Notes: generated by a model not told the origin, from the sequence alone. 64,000 bases of DNA from Phoronis australis (GCA_002633005.1 NMRA01000653.1:62001-126000), one strand, 5' to 3'. Shown: positions 1 through 13,710, numbered from the stretch's first letter. Program-made: numbers and translations.

Positions 1-519
1 TTGTTCCTTAGTCGAATTAGAAGACTTGTGATTTTATGCAAATAAGGATTTTGAAATAACCAACAGCTCACTTTAATTTGCTTGAGACTAGACTCTAAAA
101 ATTGGCTTGTCATGGTCTGCCTTCTTGCACGTTGAGCATGGTCCCGCCAAATAACAGACTCAGCTCTGTACAAACCCCTTAATCATTTCTCATCTAAGTA
201 AGGAACAAGTTGAGACCAATGTTATAAAGGCACCTAGTGGTCTAAATCCTAAATACACTTCATCTATGGAAGGTGACTCTGTAGCTGCCATAACTGGTAA
301 AGCCCCCAGCAGCAATAACATTCCGAAAGCGCAAACACTTTATATTGTTTTATTGTCTGAGGTAATAACTTCAAGAAGTCAAATTATCCAACATTAATAC
401 CAAAAATGTAACTTCTTCAACCCTAAAATGGATTGTGAATGGTAAACTAAATTTTTTTGATATAAAAGAGACAAGTTCTGTACTACCTGTAGATTCAGTT
501 AGAGTTCTGTCGTTTCTCG

Positions 520-920
520 GAACACAGCTCATTATTGTTCTTAAAATCATGAACAAGGTTACCATTACAGGAAAATTATTGATGACTGCAGTTCTCTCAT
601 TTTCCATACCGAAGCTCATTACTGTTCAAAGTAATGAACAAAGGTACCAGTACCGGGAAAATCATTGATGATTACAGTTTTCTAATTTCCCAGAACACAG
701 CTCGTTGTTGTTCAAAGTAATGAACAAAGGTACCAGTACCGGGAAAATCATTGATGATTACAGTTTGCTAATTTCCCAGAACACAGCTCGTTGTTGTTCA
801 AAGTAATGAACAAAAGTACCATTACTGGCAAAATCATTGATGATTACAGTTTTCTCATTTCCCGGGACACTGCTCATTATTGTTCAAATTAGTGAACAAA
901 GCATTACAGGAAAATCATTG
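520..920. repeat. Minisatellite, ~5 diverged copies of an ~86-bp unit
   Basis: Unit 'gaacacagctc..ttgttcaaagtaatgaacaaaggtacc..aaaatcattgatgattacagtttt' recurs at ~520, ~608, 693, 779 and ~866. Confidence 0.9.
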
Positions 921-1279
921 CAGCAGTAACACAACACTTACCGTCTTCTCTACTTGCTGATGATTTATGTGTCTGGAATGTTGTACTAATTGAATCGTAT
1001 GATTCATGTCGGTCCTAAAGACAACCATTTGTTTTTCCGTTAGCTTGGTGATGTTTTATGCTGGCACTTGCTAATATTGAGCTTTAATGCTGGTGCAAAT
1101 TTCTCTAGGTTATTGTATCATTTTACATCCCCGCAAGATAAAGCCAGGTTTTTTTGTAATATAAGGACAGACTGTCCACAAGTTGCAATCATTCGGAAAT
1201 CGGCATTGGTACATGGCAACATTTAATTTATAATTGGATACCTAAAAAGACTTTTTAGGCCCGATATCTTCAAAATGGT

Positions 1280-2037
1280 TGTTCTGGCGCAGTGTCAGCG
1301 AACAATCGAGAGAAACACAGGTGATTCTACGTACAGCATAATTCTTTTATTCGTGTGCCGTCAGTACATAGACAAACCGGTAAACTGAAATAAACAAAAC
1401 CCTCAGTCACTACTACGAAATATAATACAAGCACAGGCAGTGACAATATATACAAAACCGTTATTTACATCAACGAAGAAAATGTACAAGTAACGAAATG
1501 GCTATATCAGATAAACTGAATCTTATATGAAAATACTATATACAAAAACGAACCTAATTCATACACAATTCTGCCGTGAGACCGTGACGCAAACTAGATA
1601 TCAAGTCACGCTAAACTTTTACAATAATATGAGCTAGAAACAGACTGGTTTGTGAATTGCAATCTCAAGGTCGCAGCGAACAACGCCCAAACCCTCGACA
1701 CGAACCACGAAGGACGAAATACGGCAAAGTAAATAAAGCGAAAATACTGAAACTACACGGGACACGAGAGAATGCATTGCACAAACCAGAATATAACGAT
1801 AAGCAAAAGAACACTACTTACATCATGAAAACCCTGCAATCTCGACGATGAAACCAATGAGATGCATACACTGCACACAGATACGAAATACGAATGAATG
1901 GAACTGGCGGGTAAAACGCTTTTAAATGTCAGTACCACGTGACAAGTTCACAATCTGCGGGGTACTTGAAAATGAGTACAACAGGAAACAATACTTAATA
2001 TACACAGGCAATATGAATGATTGCGTCTGCAGTAACA
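1280..2037 (-). mobile_element. Solo LTR of an LTR retrotransposon
   Basis: Begins TGTT and ends AACA; flanked by the 5-bp direct repeat ATGGT (1275-1279, 2038-2042). TTTTATT at ~1345 is a polyA signal near the 3' end on the minus strand. No internal coding sequence. Confidence 0.75.
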
Positions 2038-2503
2038 ATGGTGGATGGGTTGCTATTTGTGTTTGTGCGGACCAAAATTTTTCCTTCCTCGATTATGATT
2101 TCATTGATCGAATAAATTCCCATATTGCTTTGCAATTTATGAGTTGCTTCTTATAGTCATGTGATTTAATGCTGCTCGGTTTGTTTACCTGGCGCTCACC
2201 AATGCGGCCTCGGATTTTTTTTGGCGACCTTGTAAAAATCCCCAAGTCTCCACGACTTCAGCAGATTTTTGCATTCAAATCTGAAGAAGTCTTATTTATT
2301 AAGAATTCCTCTCCCTGTGATTTGCTTCAAAATTGGAGCACATGCTCATGCTTTGAAAGGAAGAAAACAGCGGGGAGTTGTTCACCAAAAACTAGGGGAC
2401 CTGATCACTATGCAATATTTGTGTTATATTAGTATGTTGCCGGCAGTGGTTTGCATAAGAATGAATCTTTTTTTTTTAATGCCATGTTTATTTTCATTTG
2501 CAG

Positions 2504-5500
2504 GTAACGGGCGGTAATAAAGGCATTGGTTTCGGTATAGTAAAGGCACTATGTCAACAGAAACCAGACTGGAAAATTTATGCTACTGGTATAACACTTC
2601 TTGCTATTAATTTAAAAGGGGAAAGAAATCCAAGTCGGTATCTTTCCTGTCTGGACTATATGTCACACTGGTCTTGTATATAACTTATTTGCAAAATATA
2701 ACTTTTTACCATCACACCAAAATTGTTAATACAGAAGTCAAACTACTCAGCTAGAGCAACTTAAATTTCTGGCACTGAGTGCATGAGTGGGGCCAAGTGC
2801 TGCTTTTCTCTTGTTGAAGTCCTTAATTCAGTTATGTAGCTACAACTGCGCGTGTGCTAATAAACTAGTGGTACTCCTCAATTTTTCATTACTGGATATG
2901 TAACAGCTGTTGGTTCAGTGATGATTCTTGTTAAACATGTCATAATAGTACCTTTACGTTGCACTAGGTTGCAGTGAAGTCTTTTGTGATGCTGAAGGGC
3001 AGTGGCGTTTTGCATTACAGCACGTGATGAGGGGCGTGGTCAAGCCGCCATTCAAGAGTTGAAAGGTCAAGGGTGTAACCCAGGGTTCTGCCAACTGGAT
3101 CTTGACTCTCCACAGAGTATTGAGAAGGCAAAGAAATACTTCTTGGACACCTATGGGGGCATTGACGTCTTGGTCAACAATGCAGGCATTGCTTACAAGG
3201 TGAGGTGAAAGGTCAAGGTTTTATTGAGGGCTCAAATGATGTAGTGTTCATTTCTTATCACTGCTTTAAAGGTATCACAATTCATGTAAATTTGGTTCTT
3301 GCAGTATGTTTAGAGCATCGCTCTGAGCCCACTAGTGCTACAAATTGCCAAATGTTATGAACTGTTTGGCGTATTGGCTCGCTTTTATCTTTGTCACCCT
3401 GAGAATCACCTTTTTAAATTCAAACAGCTGCGAATAACTACCACTTGCAATGGGGTTCTATTCAGACCCCTAATCAATACAACCTTTTATTTTTTGTGCT
3501 GGGATCTCACTGTGACACAACGTGGCACGAAAAGGCAGCTTCAGTTATCATTTGACGGCTTACACTTGGTTGATTGAACTCTCGTTTTCTTATTTTACTA
3601 GCTTTGCTAGGACAGTATCGTTAGCCTAATACACCTGAAGTAACAGAGTTTTGTTGAAGGTAGGCTTTAACCTACTGACATCTGACCTACATGTGTATTC
3701 TGAGTGATGTGCTATGCTCAATTTTATCAGAATCTAGAATATGAGATTTTGTCCACTTGATATTAATATTACTAAAAATATGAGCACAGCCCAAGAAATT
3801 GTTTTTCCATTATGTCCAGGTTCTCATTCACTCTCTCCCTTGCGTACATTCACTAGCCAGGCCAGCTCAGAAGAGCAGGAGACACCTTTATGCAATGCTC
3901 GATTGTCAGCCAGTAAGGCCACAATTCAAACCCTGGTCTCCCAAATGATAGTCATGAGCTTAAACCACTGGACCTCACTGTCTATTCAGTAAATTTTTGG
4001 CCTATAAAATATAGATATCATCTTTTTGTACGCATTTGGGGAGGGAAAATTGCATGTAAAATGCAAATAATTGCAAATGATCCGTTGTCATTACAATTAA
4101 GGCATTCGCGTGTTTCATTTTCTCTCTCTCCGCCAATTTAACACTACACTGACCATTGAGCTATGCCCGGTCTGAGTCGGAATCTAAAGTTTTGTCCAGT
4201 TTGCCAGCTATGAATTTTCCATGAAACAGACAGGGAGGGACATCTATGTGCAGAATATTGTACTGAGACTGGTGTATCTTCTGGGCTTGAAAGAAAAATA
4301 TCATTTATGGCCTGATAACTGTCTTGATGGTTTAGCTGTAAAGTTTATGAGTGTCCCAAGTTTGCGATTCACAAGAAAATAATAAGACAAGTGACTACAG
4401 TTTAAAAGTGTGATATACATATATCAGCAAAGCAGCCACACTTCACAAACTCTGATAAAAGACTGACTCAAACCACGAGGTCTCCAGAGAACCTGCATCG
4501 ACATTTGCCTATCAATGACTAGCCAACAAATAGCTTAAAGTAGACGTCACAATGGACATCAGAATATGAATAGTGACACACTAACAGGCAACAGTCTGTC
4601 CCGTTTCATGAGCACCAGTTAAAAATTGACCGTGTATTAGCAGCTACTGGTCAGAAGTGGTTCATTGTAAAAGACGCACCTTGTATTTTCATTACAGGGT
4701 GCTTCCTCAGCTCCATTTATTGAACAAGCAGAAGTGACTTTGGCAACCAACTTTACAGGCACTTTGAATGTGTGCAAAAGCTTCATCCCTATCCTCAGGC
4801 CCAATGCTAGGCAAGTGTGTTTTTATGTACATACTTACGTCTAGTCACATTGTTATGATGTCTGTGGCCCCTCCCAAAGACATCACAGTATTGTGATGTG
4901 GCCCCTCCATTAGCAAACAGTAATGGTAAAATGTCACCAATTTCGAACAAATATAATTGCTAAAATCTGTCATGTTTCAAAGTCTTTTAAGGTTGTTGTG
5001 CACGTACAAACAAGGTTCCTGAGGCAAGCTATGAATTCAAATGTTCCGCTGTCCTCAGATCCTTAGACTCTCGACTTTTCTGACCAAGAAATCTTATTCT
5101 ATGACAATAGGAACCAGACTGAAAGTATTGCAAATTGCAGACTGGTAAGTTGTCTTAATGTTTTAATTGGAAAACTACACACTATTAAGTGGGTAGGTTC
5201 TCTGTTGCACTTTTAGTTTCTAGAGCAGCATCCGTGAGTATATCAGGATAGCTGGTAATTGTATGAATACAGACTCTGGACTTAATCAGCCAATCAGGTT
5301 CACCGACCCTAATAGTGATGTTAAATGCTTCTACCCGGGGCAACATTAATTTGATAATGGATTCTGAGAAGTGGATCCAAAAACATTCCGTCAATTTCCG
5401 TCTGTAAGAAAAGGAACCCATCCACTCACTAGATCTACTACTTAGAAATTATTTAGTGATTTTCATTATTGTTTCATAGGTTGGTGATTGTCTCCAGTGT

Positions 5501-8500
5501 GGTGTCCATTATGGCCTTGAAGAAATGCAGCAATGACCTGAGGTCAAAGTTCACTGCTCCTGACCTTTCACTGGACCAGCTTGTTACTTTGATGAATAAG
5601 TTTGTGAGGTAACTGACTGCAAAAATGCTCTTAACACACAGTTGATGCATTTTGTTTTAATCCACATGTCCAAAAGGTGGAGCCACTATTGTTACAAAAT
5701 ACGAGTAAGGTAGCATGACAGTAAACGTGTTTGGAAACTGAACACTGTTTACGTCTGCTTTTGAATACGTGGTCAATAAGTTTACTTCATTTTTTTTCCA
5801 TTTGCATCATATACCTGTATATAACATAGTATACATGGGCCACTGCATATCTTTCTAAAAGACTTTTTGTCCCTATCATACAAATACCATAGTAAGAGCC
5901 TATTCATAAAATTCTAAAACTTTAACTTTGATTCAGGTCTTGAGTATATAACTAATGAAGCTGAAGAAAGTATTAGGGGACAACCACGAACATTTTTCCC
6001 AAATGTGTGACCAGGGGAAATTTCCATTATGTTTGTACATTCTTCTGAATCTCTGATCTGTGACACCGAGATTCAGCCAGTGCTACTTTTGAACCCAGTC
6101 ACTATGTTTTGAATTTTGTTTCTACCTGACTCGTTTTCGTTTATGTTTTCCTAGAAATTAATGTTCATAGTTTTCCATGAAATGAAATCAAGGCTTGTCG
6201 AGTCTCTGCAAAAATGTCTATTGTCATTGAAGCGTTGGTTTCAACATTCAGTTATGTAATTGAGAGATAATTTGCATTTTATCTGACGCGATCAACTTTT
6301 GGACAGACTGGCCAGCCAGCTTATTTTTTTCTGTAGCCTTTTGAGGGCCTTCACTGTCGTGGGACAAAAGTGCCAGTTGCCCCTACTAGGCTAGTTAAGG
6401 GAATATCCCCTCCTGTAGTATTCAGTCCCAAAATCGACACACGGAGGGCCTTGCTTTTTTAGCGTCAATAAGGGGCTGTGATGTATTTAAATTCAAGAAT
6501 TTAAAACACATGGGCCTGTCACTTTTTGTACAGTTTAGATAAGCTGCATGGAATTTGATTAACGAATTGAAAACCATCCTTTCATTTATTGGTGATCTTA
6601 CTGCATTTTCCTTTGATAAAATTTGAAGATTGGCACCTCTGCGTTGCTCTGTGCAATTGTCATGTTTTCACGGACCCTAAGAAAGTGAAGTGCGCTCTCG
6701 ATCCGGTTTTATCCAACTTTTATTGTATTTGCTGTGAACTTTGATCTATTTTTAATTTTATTTTTGGACAGCAGAAGAAAACAAATAATTAAAGCTTTTA
6801 TCACTAGAAAATATCTGAAAAATTAGTCTCTTGTACATTGTGCAATTACAGTGACGTCAAGAGTGGTGTGCATGAAAAGGAGGGATGGCCATCCACTGCT
6901 TATGGAGTTTCAAAGATTGGCTGCACATGCTTGGCTAAGATTTTCCAGAGGGATTTCGACAAGGATGCGAGAAACGATATGGTCGCAAATGCGGTATGTT
7001 GGTTTGCGTGCAACAGCATATTGTCTCCATGTGAGGCACCAGACATATAGTTTTGGCACTATTGGCCTGAGTGACGAATCCTTTTGTGTCCTATCAGTTT
7101 TATTAGAGGGTTTTTAGTAATTCCACCATTTTTTCTGTTTCCTCAAAAATTTTATTTATAGCGGTAGGGGAGATCAATGATTTTTATGGCATACCTGACT
7201 CTGTGCAGTGGGCTTTTAGAGAGCTGACATCGTTGTTTGATTATATCATATTTGGTGTATTGACTTCCTGTGGCAAGCCAACATGTTGAGCTCTGGTCTC
7301 AAGCAATAACGAACTGTCAATAATTCTTTCCAAGTCCAGAATTAGGGTTAGGAACAAGTTGTGACCAATTTCCTGTAAGTGGTGAAAATCAAAACATGGG
7401 ATGGCGTAGGTGCTACAACATTTCTCAACTGAATGAACATTCAAGTTTGGATTTTAATAGCAATGTTTATTTGTTTATTTATATGGCCAACGCCGTTTGT
7501 TTGGGGATTGAGGATTAATTCTAACTGTATTAGGATTGCCTGCACCTAAAACCCCTGAGGTTGAATTGACTTGTGCTTGTAATGACCAAATTAAAAACTT
7601 GGAGAGTCCCCTATTGACGAAAGGTGTAACCTTAGTGTAGACCACTGCTTTTGTGAAGGTTATCCACGTATTACAAATACACAAACTTTTTGAAATTAAA
7701 AATGTAGAAAAACATGAAGCACTGCAAGCGCCTCGGCTGTTTGCAGATTGGGGATTTTTGGATTTCTGAACACAAGAGGGACTAGTGCTTCATGATCGAG
7801 CCTGTAGGTTTTTCAGAGCTATGAAGGTAGTCAGTTGAATACAATATTTGCCAGGAATAATCAGCAAGATTACCCAGAATTCCATCATTACATCAGCGTG
7901 TAAGCTGGATTTACTGTTGGTGGCTGAGAGAGAGGGTGGAACTCACTGTAATTCCTGTTTTTAAAAGGATACTAAGCCCCGTTTTGGTGATTTCATACAA
8001 TCCTCATTTTGCCACCAGCTAATGAATCATTGGTGTCCCACTTGAGTGATAAAAGCACCGTATATATTATATCATAGTTCTTGGTGGGTGGCCGTTCCCT
8101 ACAGTTGTGTAACTAGCCTAAAGCTCATGTCACGCTTGCCGTTTAGTAGACTTGGTAAGGAATTTTCAAATTCATGCTCGAAACATATGAGGTTTGTTGA
8201 GGGTTACGGAGCATTGGTTTCATTTCAGAGAACTACTAGTACTACTTAGTAAGTAGATGTGAACATCTTTTTAAATAATTTATTGAGTCATGGGTCAAAA
8301 CTGGGTTTGGTATCCTTTTAAGAGATAACACGGTTTTGTCTGATTGTTTTTGATGTGTGCTGTAATGTCCTTTAAACTTGGAAAATCAGCTCTTCTCAAA
8401 TGGCAGTATATGCTGAACACTTGTTGTTTCCGTATGCAAATAGTGGAAGTGATTTCCTTATAAGACAGTCAGAGAATCTGAACAAAGTTTGGGACAGTTT

Positions 8501-11234
8501 CTAAAATTTGGAATACTGAAATTCAGGTTGAAATTGAATTTTTTCAATCCTGAAGATTGGAAAATGGTGACGACATTCGTCACATTTCTCAAAATATTAG
8601 AAACTGCGTTCTAAAATTTGGTACAAGACTCGACTTTGAGCAATATAATTAATTTTTTCACTCTTCTAAACAGTATTTTTGTATTCTAAATTGGTGAACC
8701 TTTGACACATTTCAAGACCACAACATTGTTCTAAAGGATATCATAATACATTCTGTTAAACATTTAGGGTTTGACTTTTTTTGTTTTAGCTTTTCAAACC
8801 TTCATTGTAGGACTTGTGTACAATGGACATAATGATTAACAACAGTAACTTCACAAGACAACAACCAAACAACATTTGATAAAACTTTTGAGCATTTGCA
8901 AGAATTTGGTACAAAGCATCTGACGATTACAAATATGACAAATTTAGCAATTATTTTTGTCTGAAATTAAAAAAAATTTACTGCAATTTCACTGTACAAA
9001 AGATCGCTTATTCAGTGAAGAGTTTAATTTTTTTTGCATTTTCAGTATAATATGTTAATATTTTTTCCTAGTGTTGTCCTGGTTACGTGGACACTGACAT
9101 GTCGAGTCATAAGGGAAACCTGACCATTGAGCAAGGTAAGTTTAATTGTGACTTCTCTGACGGAAGTTAACTCACCATATATTGTTTTATAGCAACGACA
9201 TGTCCTCATGTATAACACATATGTCACGTTTTTCCCCGTGTGTGGGCAGGCGCAGGTTGTGACAGACCGGCGCTAATAGCTTTCGGTGCAACGATAGACT
9301 GAAGACTGATTCGAGTTAACCCTTTTATTAATCTCGACTGTACGTTCACAACAAGCCTACTCAAACAAAACGTCCGACGTCAATGTCTGTTCTATGCTCC
9401 AGCCAGTGCTGCGAAGCCTTGTCTTGTGACGAACTTCTGAGAGACGTTCATCAACTGTTACACTCGATGATTCAAATAACTTACTGTCTCTATAGCTGGC
9501 TCTCTATTGACTCTCGCTGTAACTGCTGATTCTCTTCACTGCAACTCTTTAATTCCTTAACTGCTTTTACTCCGGCTACTGAGCTACTTAACTGCTTTAC
9601 TGATTTTCTGCTGTACTGACTAGTACAGCCCCGTGCTTGTGTCTTTATAGACTAATGCATTGTTCTTGAACTTTTCACCAATTCAAACACATGCCAGAAC
9701 TTTCGAAATCTACCCAATCATTCTACAAACATTATTAGTCTCTAGAATATTCCAGACTGTCATGCTAGAGTTTTCTAGAAAGTTCCACACTATACTGTAG
9801 AAAACAAATTACATCATTACTGTACTGAACTTAGGGGTCATGTCAATCAATAACACCAACAACAAAACAAAAAATACAACTAAAATAGTGTAAGTCTACA
9901 TGTATATTCTGACAACATAATTGACAATGTATCTGAAACTATTGTTATTTGTGGCTAAACTGACCTTGATAACAAAAGTTGCTTTTCATCAATGGCCCCA
10001 ATCTGAAATGCCATATCTACAGTCTGATTCTGTGGTGTTTACTAATACTTACAACACTGCATATTCATATTGTATTTCTCTGTCTGTTGCAGTGTTTACC
10101 ACTATTTTACAGTGAAATTAACCCATCATTTTGTAGTTCCAATGTTATCTTCTAATAGTAGCCGGGTCTTTAAGAGACAACTCGTTCTGATAGAAGTCGG
10201 GAATCTTGGTACGCTGAAATTAGTGAACACTTGGTCTCTAATAGACAACTTGTTCTGATACAAGCTGGGAATAATGGTCCGCTGAAAATAGTGAACACCG
10301 AGTCTCTAATAACAACCTTCCTCTAATAGAGCTTCGGTTTCCATGTTGTCTGCATGCTGTCTTGGAAGAAAGTAAAATAGCAATTAGTATATAACATCAA
10401 GCTTAAACTTGTGTAGTGACATGATACGACCTTAGAGCGGATGATTGACAAATGCCAAATTTTTTTGTTTGCCATGGTGCCATACCATGTAATGGCCCGC
10501 CATAAGACCGACGTAAATAATGCCACATCTGTAACAAAAGCCCCCCTCTAATAGTGTCGGGGTCTGGTGCTATCTGAAAAAATAATAGCTATTATATTGA
10601 GTTGCAGTGTTGACATTAAAACTTTGACAAGCTGAGTGAGTATAATATATCTTTGTTTCCTTGTTCAAATCCACTCACAAGTGTGTTAGCAGACTAACTT
10701 TTCAAAACTTGGTCAACCGTGTAAGGCATTCTCCTAGCTACAGAAAAGTATAGACTTGAGTTTTGGACCTTACTATTTTATGTAAAGGCCTTTGTGCTGA
10801 ATTTTCCATGAAGGAACATGAAAAATATTCCTGAAAATAAAATTAGAGCTCTTTTGTACTTTCAGACACATTTAACTTGGTTTTCACTCAACTAAACCTT
10901 ATTTTCTGAGAAATTATAATTAAACTTGGCATGCATAAAATGTCATATCTTGTAGCTCTGTGGATGACTGTTGTTAGATATGTTTGTCTAAATCTAGTAT
11001 GTTGCTCTGTGGATGACTACTGTTAGATACGTTTGTCTAAATCTAGTGTGTTGCTCTTTGGATGACTATTGTAAGATTTGTTTCTCTAAAACTACTGTGT
11101 TGCTCTGTGGATGATTGTTTGATGTAATTGTTCTTGTAGGCGCAGAAAATCCGGTGTATTTGGCGTTGTTGCCACCAAAGACGGAAATCAGAGGCGAGTT
11201 CATTCGGGAGAAGAAAGTAACTCCGTGGGTCTAG
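2504..11234 (+). CDS. CBR1: Carbonyl reductase [NADPH] 1-like short-chain dehydrogenase/reductase (5'-partial, 7 exons)
   Basis: Exons 2504-2588, 3021-3199, 4698-4810, 5480-5608, 6852-6993, 9072-9135 and 11140-11234 splice in frame (807 nt). Motifs: VTGGNKGIG (Rossmann), ARD..RG, VLVNNAGI, VIVSS, catalytic YGVSK, CCPGYVDTDM, GAENPVYLALLPP. One intron is GC-AG. The exon with the start Met was not identified. Confidence 0.92.
9222..9914 (-). mobile_element. Solo LTR in the last intron of the carbonyl reductase gene
   Basis: TGTCA...TGACA termini; 5-bp TSD ACATA (9217-9221, 9915-9919); TTTTATT at ~9323 (AATAAAA on the minus strand). Confidence 0.8.
10160..10320. repeat. Short tandem duplication (2-3 copies)
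   Basis: 'acaact.gttctgata.aag..gggaat..tggt.cgctgaaa.tagtgaacac..gtctctaat' is repeated. Confidence 0.7.
10950..11120. repeat. Minisatellite, ~4 copies of a ~49-bp unit just before the last CBR exon
   Basis: 'gctctgtggatgact..tgttagat..gtttgtctaaatctagt' is repeated. Confidence 0.85.
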
Positions 11235-12611
11235 CTGCAAACATATAATAGTCTGACGTTCTTCTGACGGTGTTAAAACAATGCAGTATGAAAAGACATC
11301 CACCCTCATGTACAAAAAGGTCGCACATTGGTGTGCATTTGTCATGAAATGACCACAGGACATGTCCTTCTCATGAAATGACGACATGCGCATGCCTTTT
11401 TCAAGAAATGACCACTCTTGTCTCATCGTCTTCATTTCTTTTTTGCGCACCACAGTTCTGCTCTTTCAAACACGTTTCTTTTGCAATGAACCGCATGATT
11501 GAAGTCGTAGTGAACAGAGCGATTTTATTGTACCAATCTCGTACTACATGGAATTTCTGTTGACAACCCCCCCCCCACCCATGTCTTTGAGTCCTTGAGA
11601 GTGAGGCCTTCCTTCGGAGTCACAGAGATTGTACTGTGCCTACGGTATTGTGGTGAAAATTAAACTTTGTGATCATGATTACAATCAGATGATATCAAGC
11701 TAATCTGTTGTTTGCTCATTTGCACCTCTCTCTCTCTCTCCAAAGTAAGTAAAAGTAAGTAAAATGCATTTCTTCAGTCGGGATTGATTTCGACTGAGAC
11801 CGCTTACTGCTATAAAACTCGTCTCTTTTTGTAACAGTAGTCATATAATGTGCCCGTTATATTGAGAACCAGTTGATGCTCGTTTTTCAGTGTCGAAAAC
11901 TGGTTCTCAAAATGCGGGCACGTTATAACAGCCGGGTGAAAAGTGATTTTTGGTGTTGCAAAGAATTGATAGTTTGTTCTATAATATTGGTCAAGACCAT
12001 TCAAGGCAAATAAAATGACATGCTGTGACAAGTTCACTGATAGAGCCTGGTCTTGCGTAATAATAATCTGCCAGAGGTGACTTTAGAATTGTTCTTTAAC
12101 AGTCTTAAATCAAATCTTTTTTACTAAGGAAAATTTTGAGACCAATTTCAGAACCTTAGGTGACCCTAAATAAAAATGTGACAGAAGGGGTGCTTGAACC
12201 TCTAAAAATTCGTGAGTAAAATATAATGTATTCATCAGAACAGAAATGTGATGCCTCAAGACAAAAGCATATGTCGACAGAAAAAATTCATTCATTAGAA
12301 AATAATTATGTTTGACAAAACTACCATGTTGTTTGTGAAACTAAAGGGTGGTCTTATACAAGTGCCATAACTAGTCTCAGTTGAGGGTGATTTGATGTGA
12401 ATTGATTAACATTGTTGATTCCATTGACAGTACTGTAGAATCAATTGGAAATAAAATTTTAATCGAATATATGTGGATAGTTCATGCTTTTTCCTGTTTG
12501 ACAAGTGTGGGTGGAAATGATGCTACTGGAAAACGCAAAAGGCAGCAACAATTTGTAGTAATTTTTAATCAATTCCTGTAGGTAATTTATGTCAATGCTT
12601 TCTTTTTGATT

Positions 12612-13016
12612 TCCTACGGACCAGAAAGTGATCCTTCTGGGCGTCACATCCCGTATACCACATACGGAAGTATCCCGAACGTACATCCAGGCTCACTGTT
12701 TGGGTGCCACCTAATGTGGATGCCCTCGGCCTCCGTCACCCTCCCTTCTCTTCGCGCTACTCTCTAGTGACTCCTTGATGTAGGGGTCTATCTTGGCTCC
12801 GAGCGCTACCTGCAATCTCGTCGGATGGTGATGGACGTAGCTTACCACGACTGTCTCTCAAAATGGGCCTCTCAAGGGCACATCCTCATGCATGTATGAC
12901 TAGTCAATACCAATGCCTCCGGGAGCTTGGAAGGGGAGGCCCAAACTTGAGCACACTGGCAGCCTAGTCCGGCCCCAATTATCGCCAATCTGCCACTCTG
13001 ACCGGTGCTTACTAGA
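12612..13016. ncRNA. Candidate structured RNA element, family unidentified
   Basis: GC-elevated block in AT-rich DNA with several complementary stems and a possible pseudoknot (see findings). No convincing ORF and no recognised family motifs. Confidence 0.35.
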
Positions 13017-13555
13017 TCAAATAAACCACGCAATGTCACAGAACATCTGCCTTTGTCAGTCGCTGTTAACCAAAACGTTGAAAATGACCCCCGCTGGCAC
13101 ATAATCAACGACCTACTGGTTTTCCAACTAGTTGTTTTTCCCCGGCGGAATAAAAAGTGGTCACGACACATCCCCGGGATCACAGTTTCGTTGATCAAGA
13201 AAAAAGAAAATTATGAGATCACGAACGCAGTTTTCATTCCTTTTTAGGAATAACTAAAAAAAACAGTTTTGTCTTGTGTCGTATTGTTGTAACTCGATAT
13301 CAGGACGTGGTGCTTTCTTAATAGTCGGAGAAATTCTAAAATACATACGTTTTTAACCTTTTCTAGCACTTGTAATGGATATCCATTGTTTTCTTAGACA
13401 ATTATGATAACGTCTTGTTCGTACAAGTTCTTGTGGGCTACGGATATCGACGTTCTCGGATAAAGCGTGGGACTGTTGTCGGAAAATGGGGCTGAAATAA
13501 GTAAGAGGGGTAATTATTCGACGACAGCCGGTATCCAGGCTTTCTCCCTAGTAAT

Positions 13556-13710
13556 CATGGGCGGCGCACCATAAGGTACCGGAGGCTATAGCCCCCCCCC
13601 CCCCCCCACTTATTTCACTGAGTGCTGTGCGCCCATGGTCTAAATGGCGCACCAGTGCAAGGGGGGAGGGGGGTTAGCTCCCCAATCTATTCAGTGCTGT
13701 GCCGCCCATG
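13556..13710. mobile_element. 155-bp MITE
   Basis: TIR CATGGGCGGC...GCCGCCCATG; 5-bp TSD GTAAT on both sides. Confidence 0.8.

Noticed and set aside
2434-2448. ATG TTG CCG GCA GTG as the missing first CBR exon
   Set aside because: It would need a weak GTTTGC donor and a 55-nt intron; unsupported.
4220-4610. Short inverted match CATGAAAC.GACAG at both ends, a possible MITE
   Set aside because: Imperfect and without a TSD.
7340-7355. TTAGGGTTAG as a telomerase template or interstitial telomere
   Set aside because: A single 10-mer in an intron with no supporting pseudoknot or H/ACA context; compatible with chance.
12912-12935. ATGCCTCC..GGAGCTTGGAA resembles part of human RNase P RNA
   Set aside because: The CR-I, CR-II and CR-V motifs needed for helix P4 are absent.
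12872-13198. Minus-strand ORF containing RLAIIGAGLG, resembling an FAD-binding Rossmann start
   Set aside because: The following helix and acidic residue do not fit, the ORF ends soon after, and no compatible exons were found.
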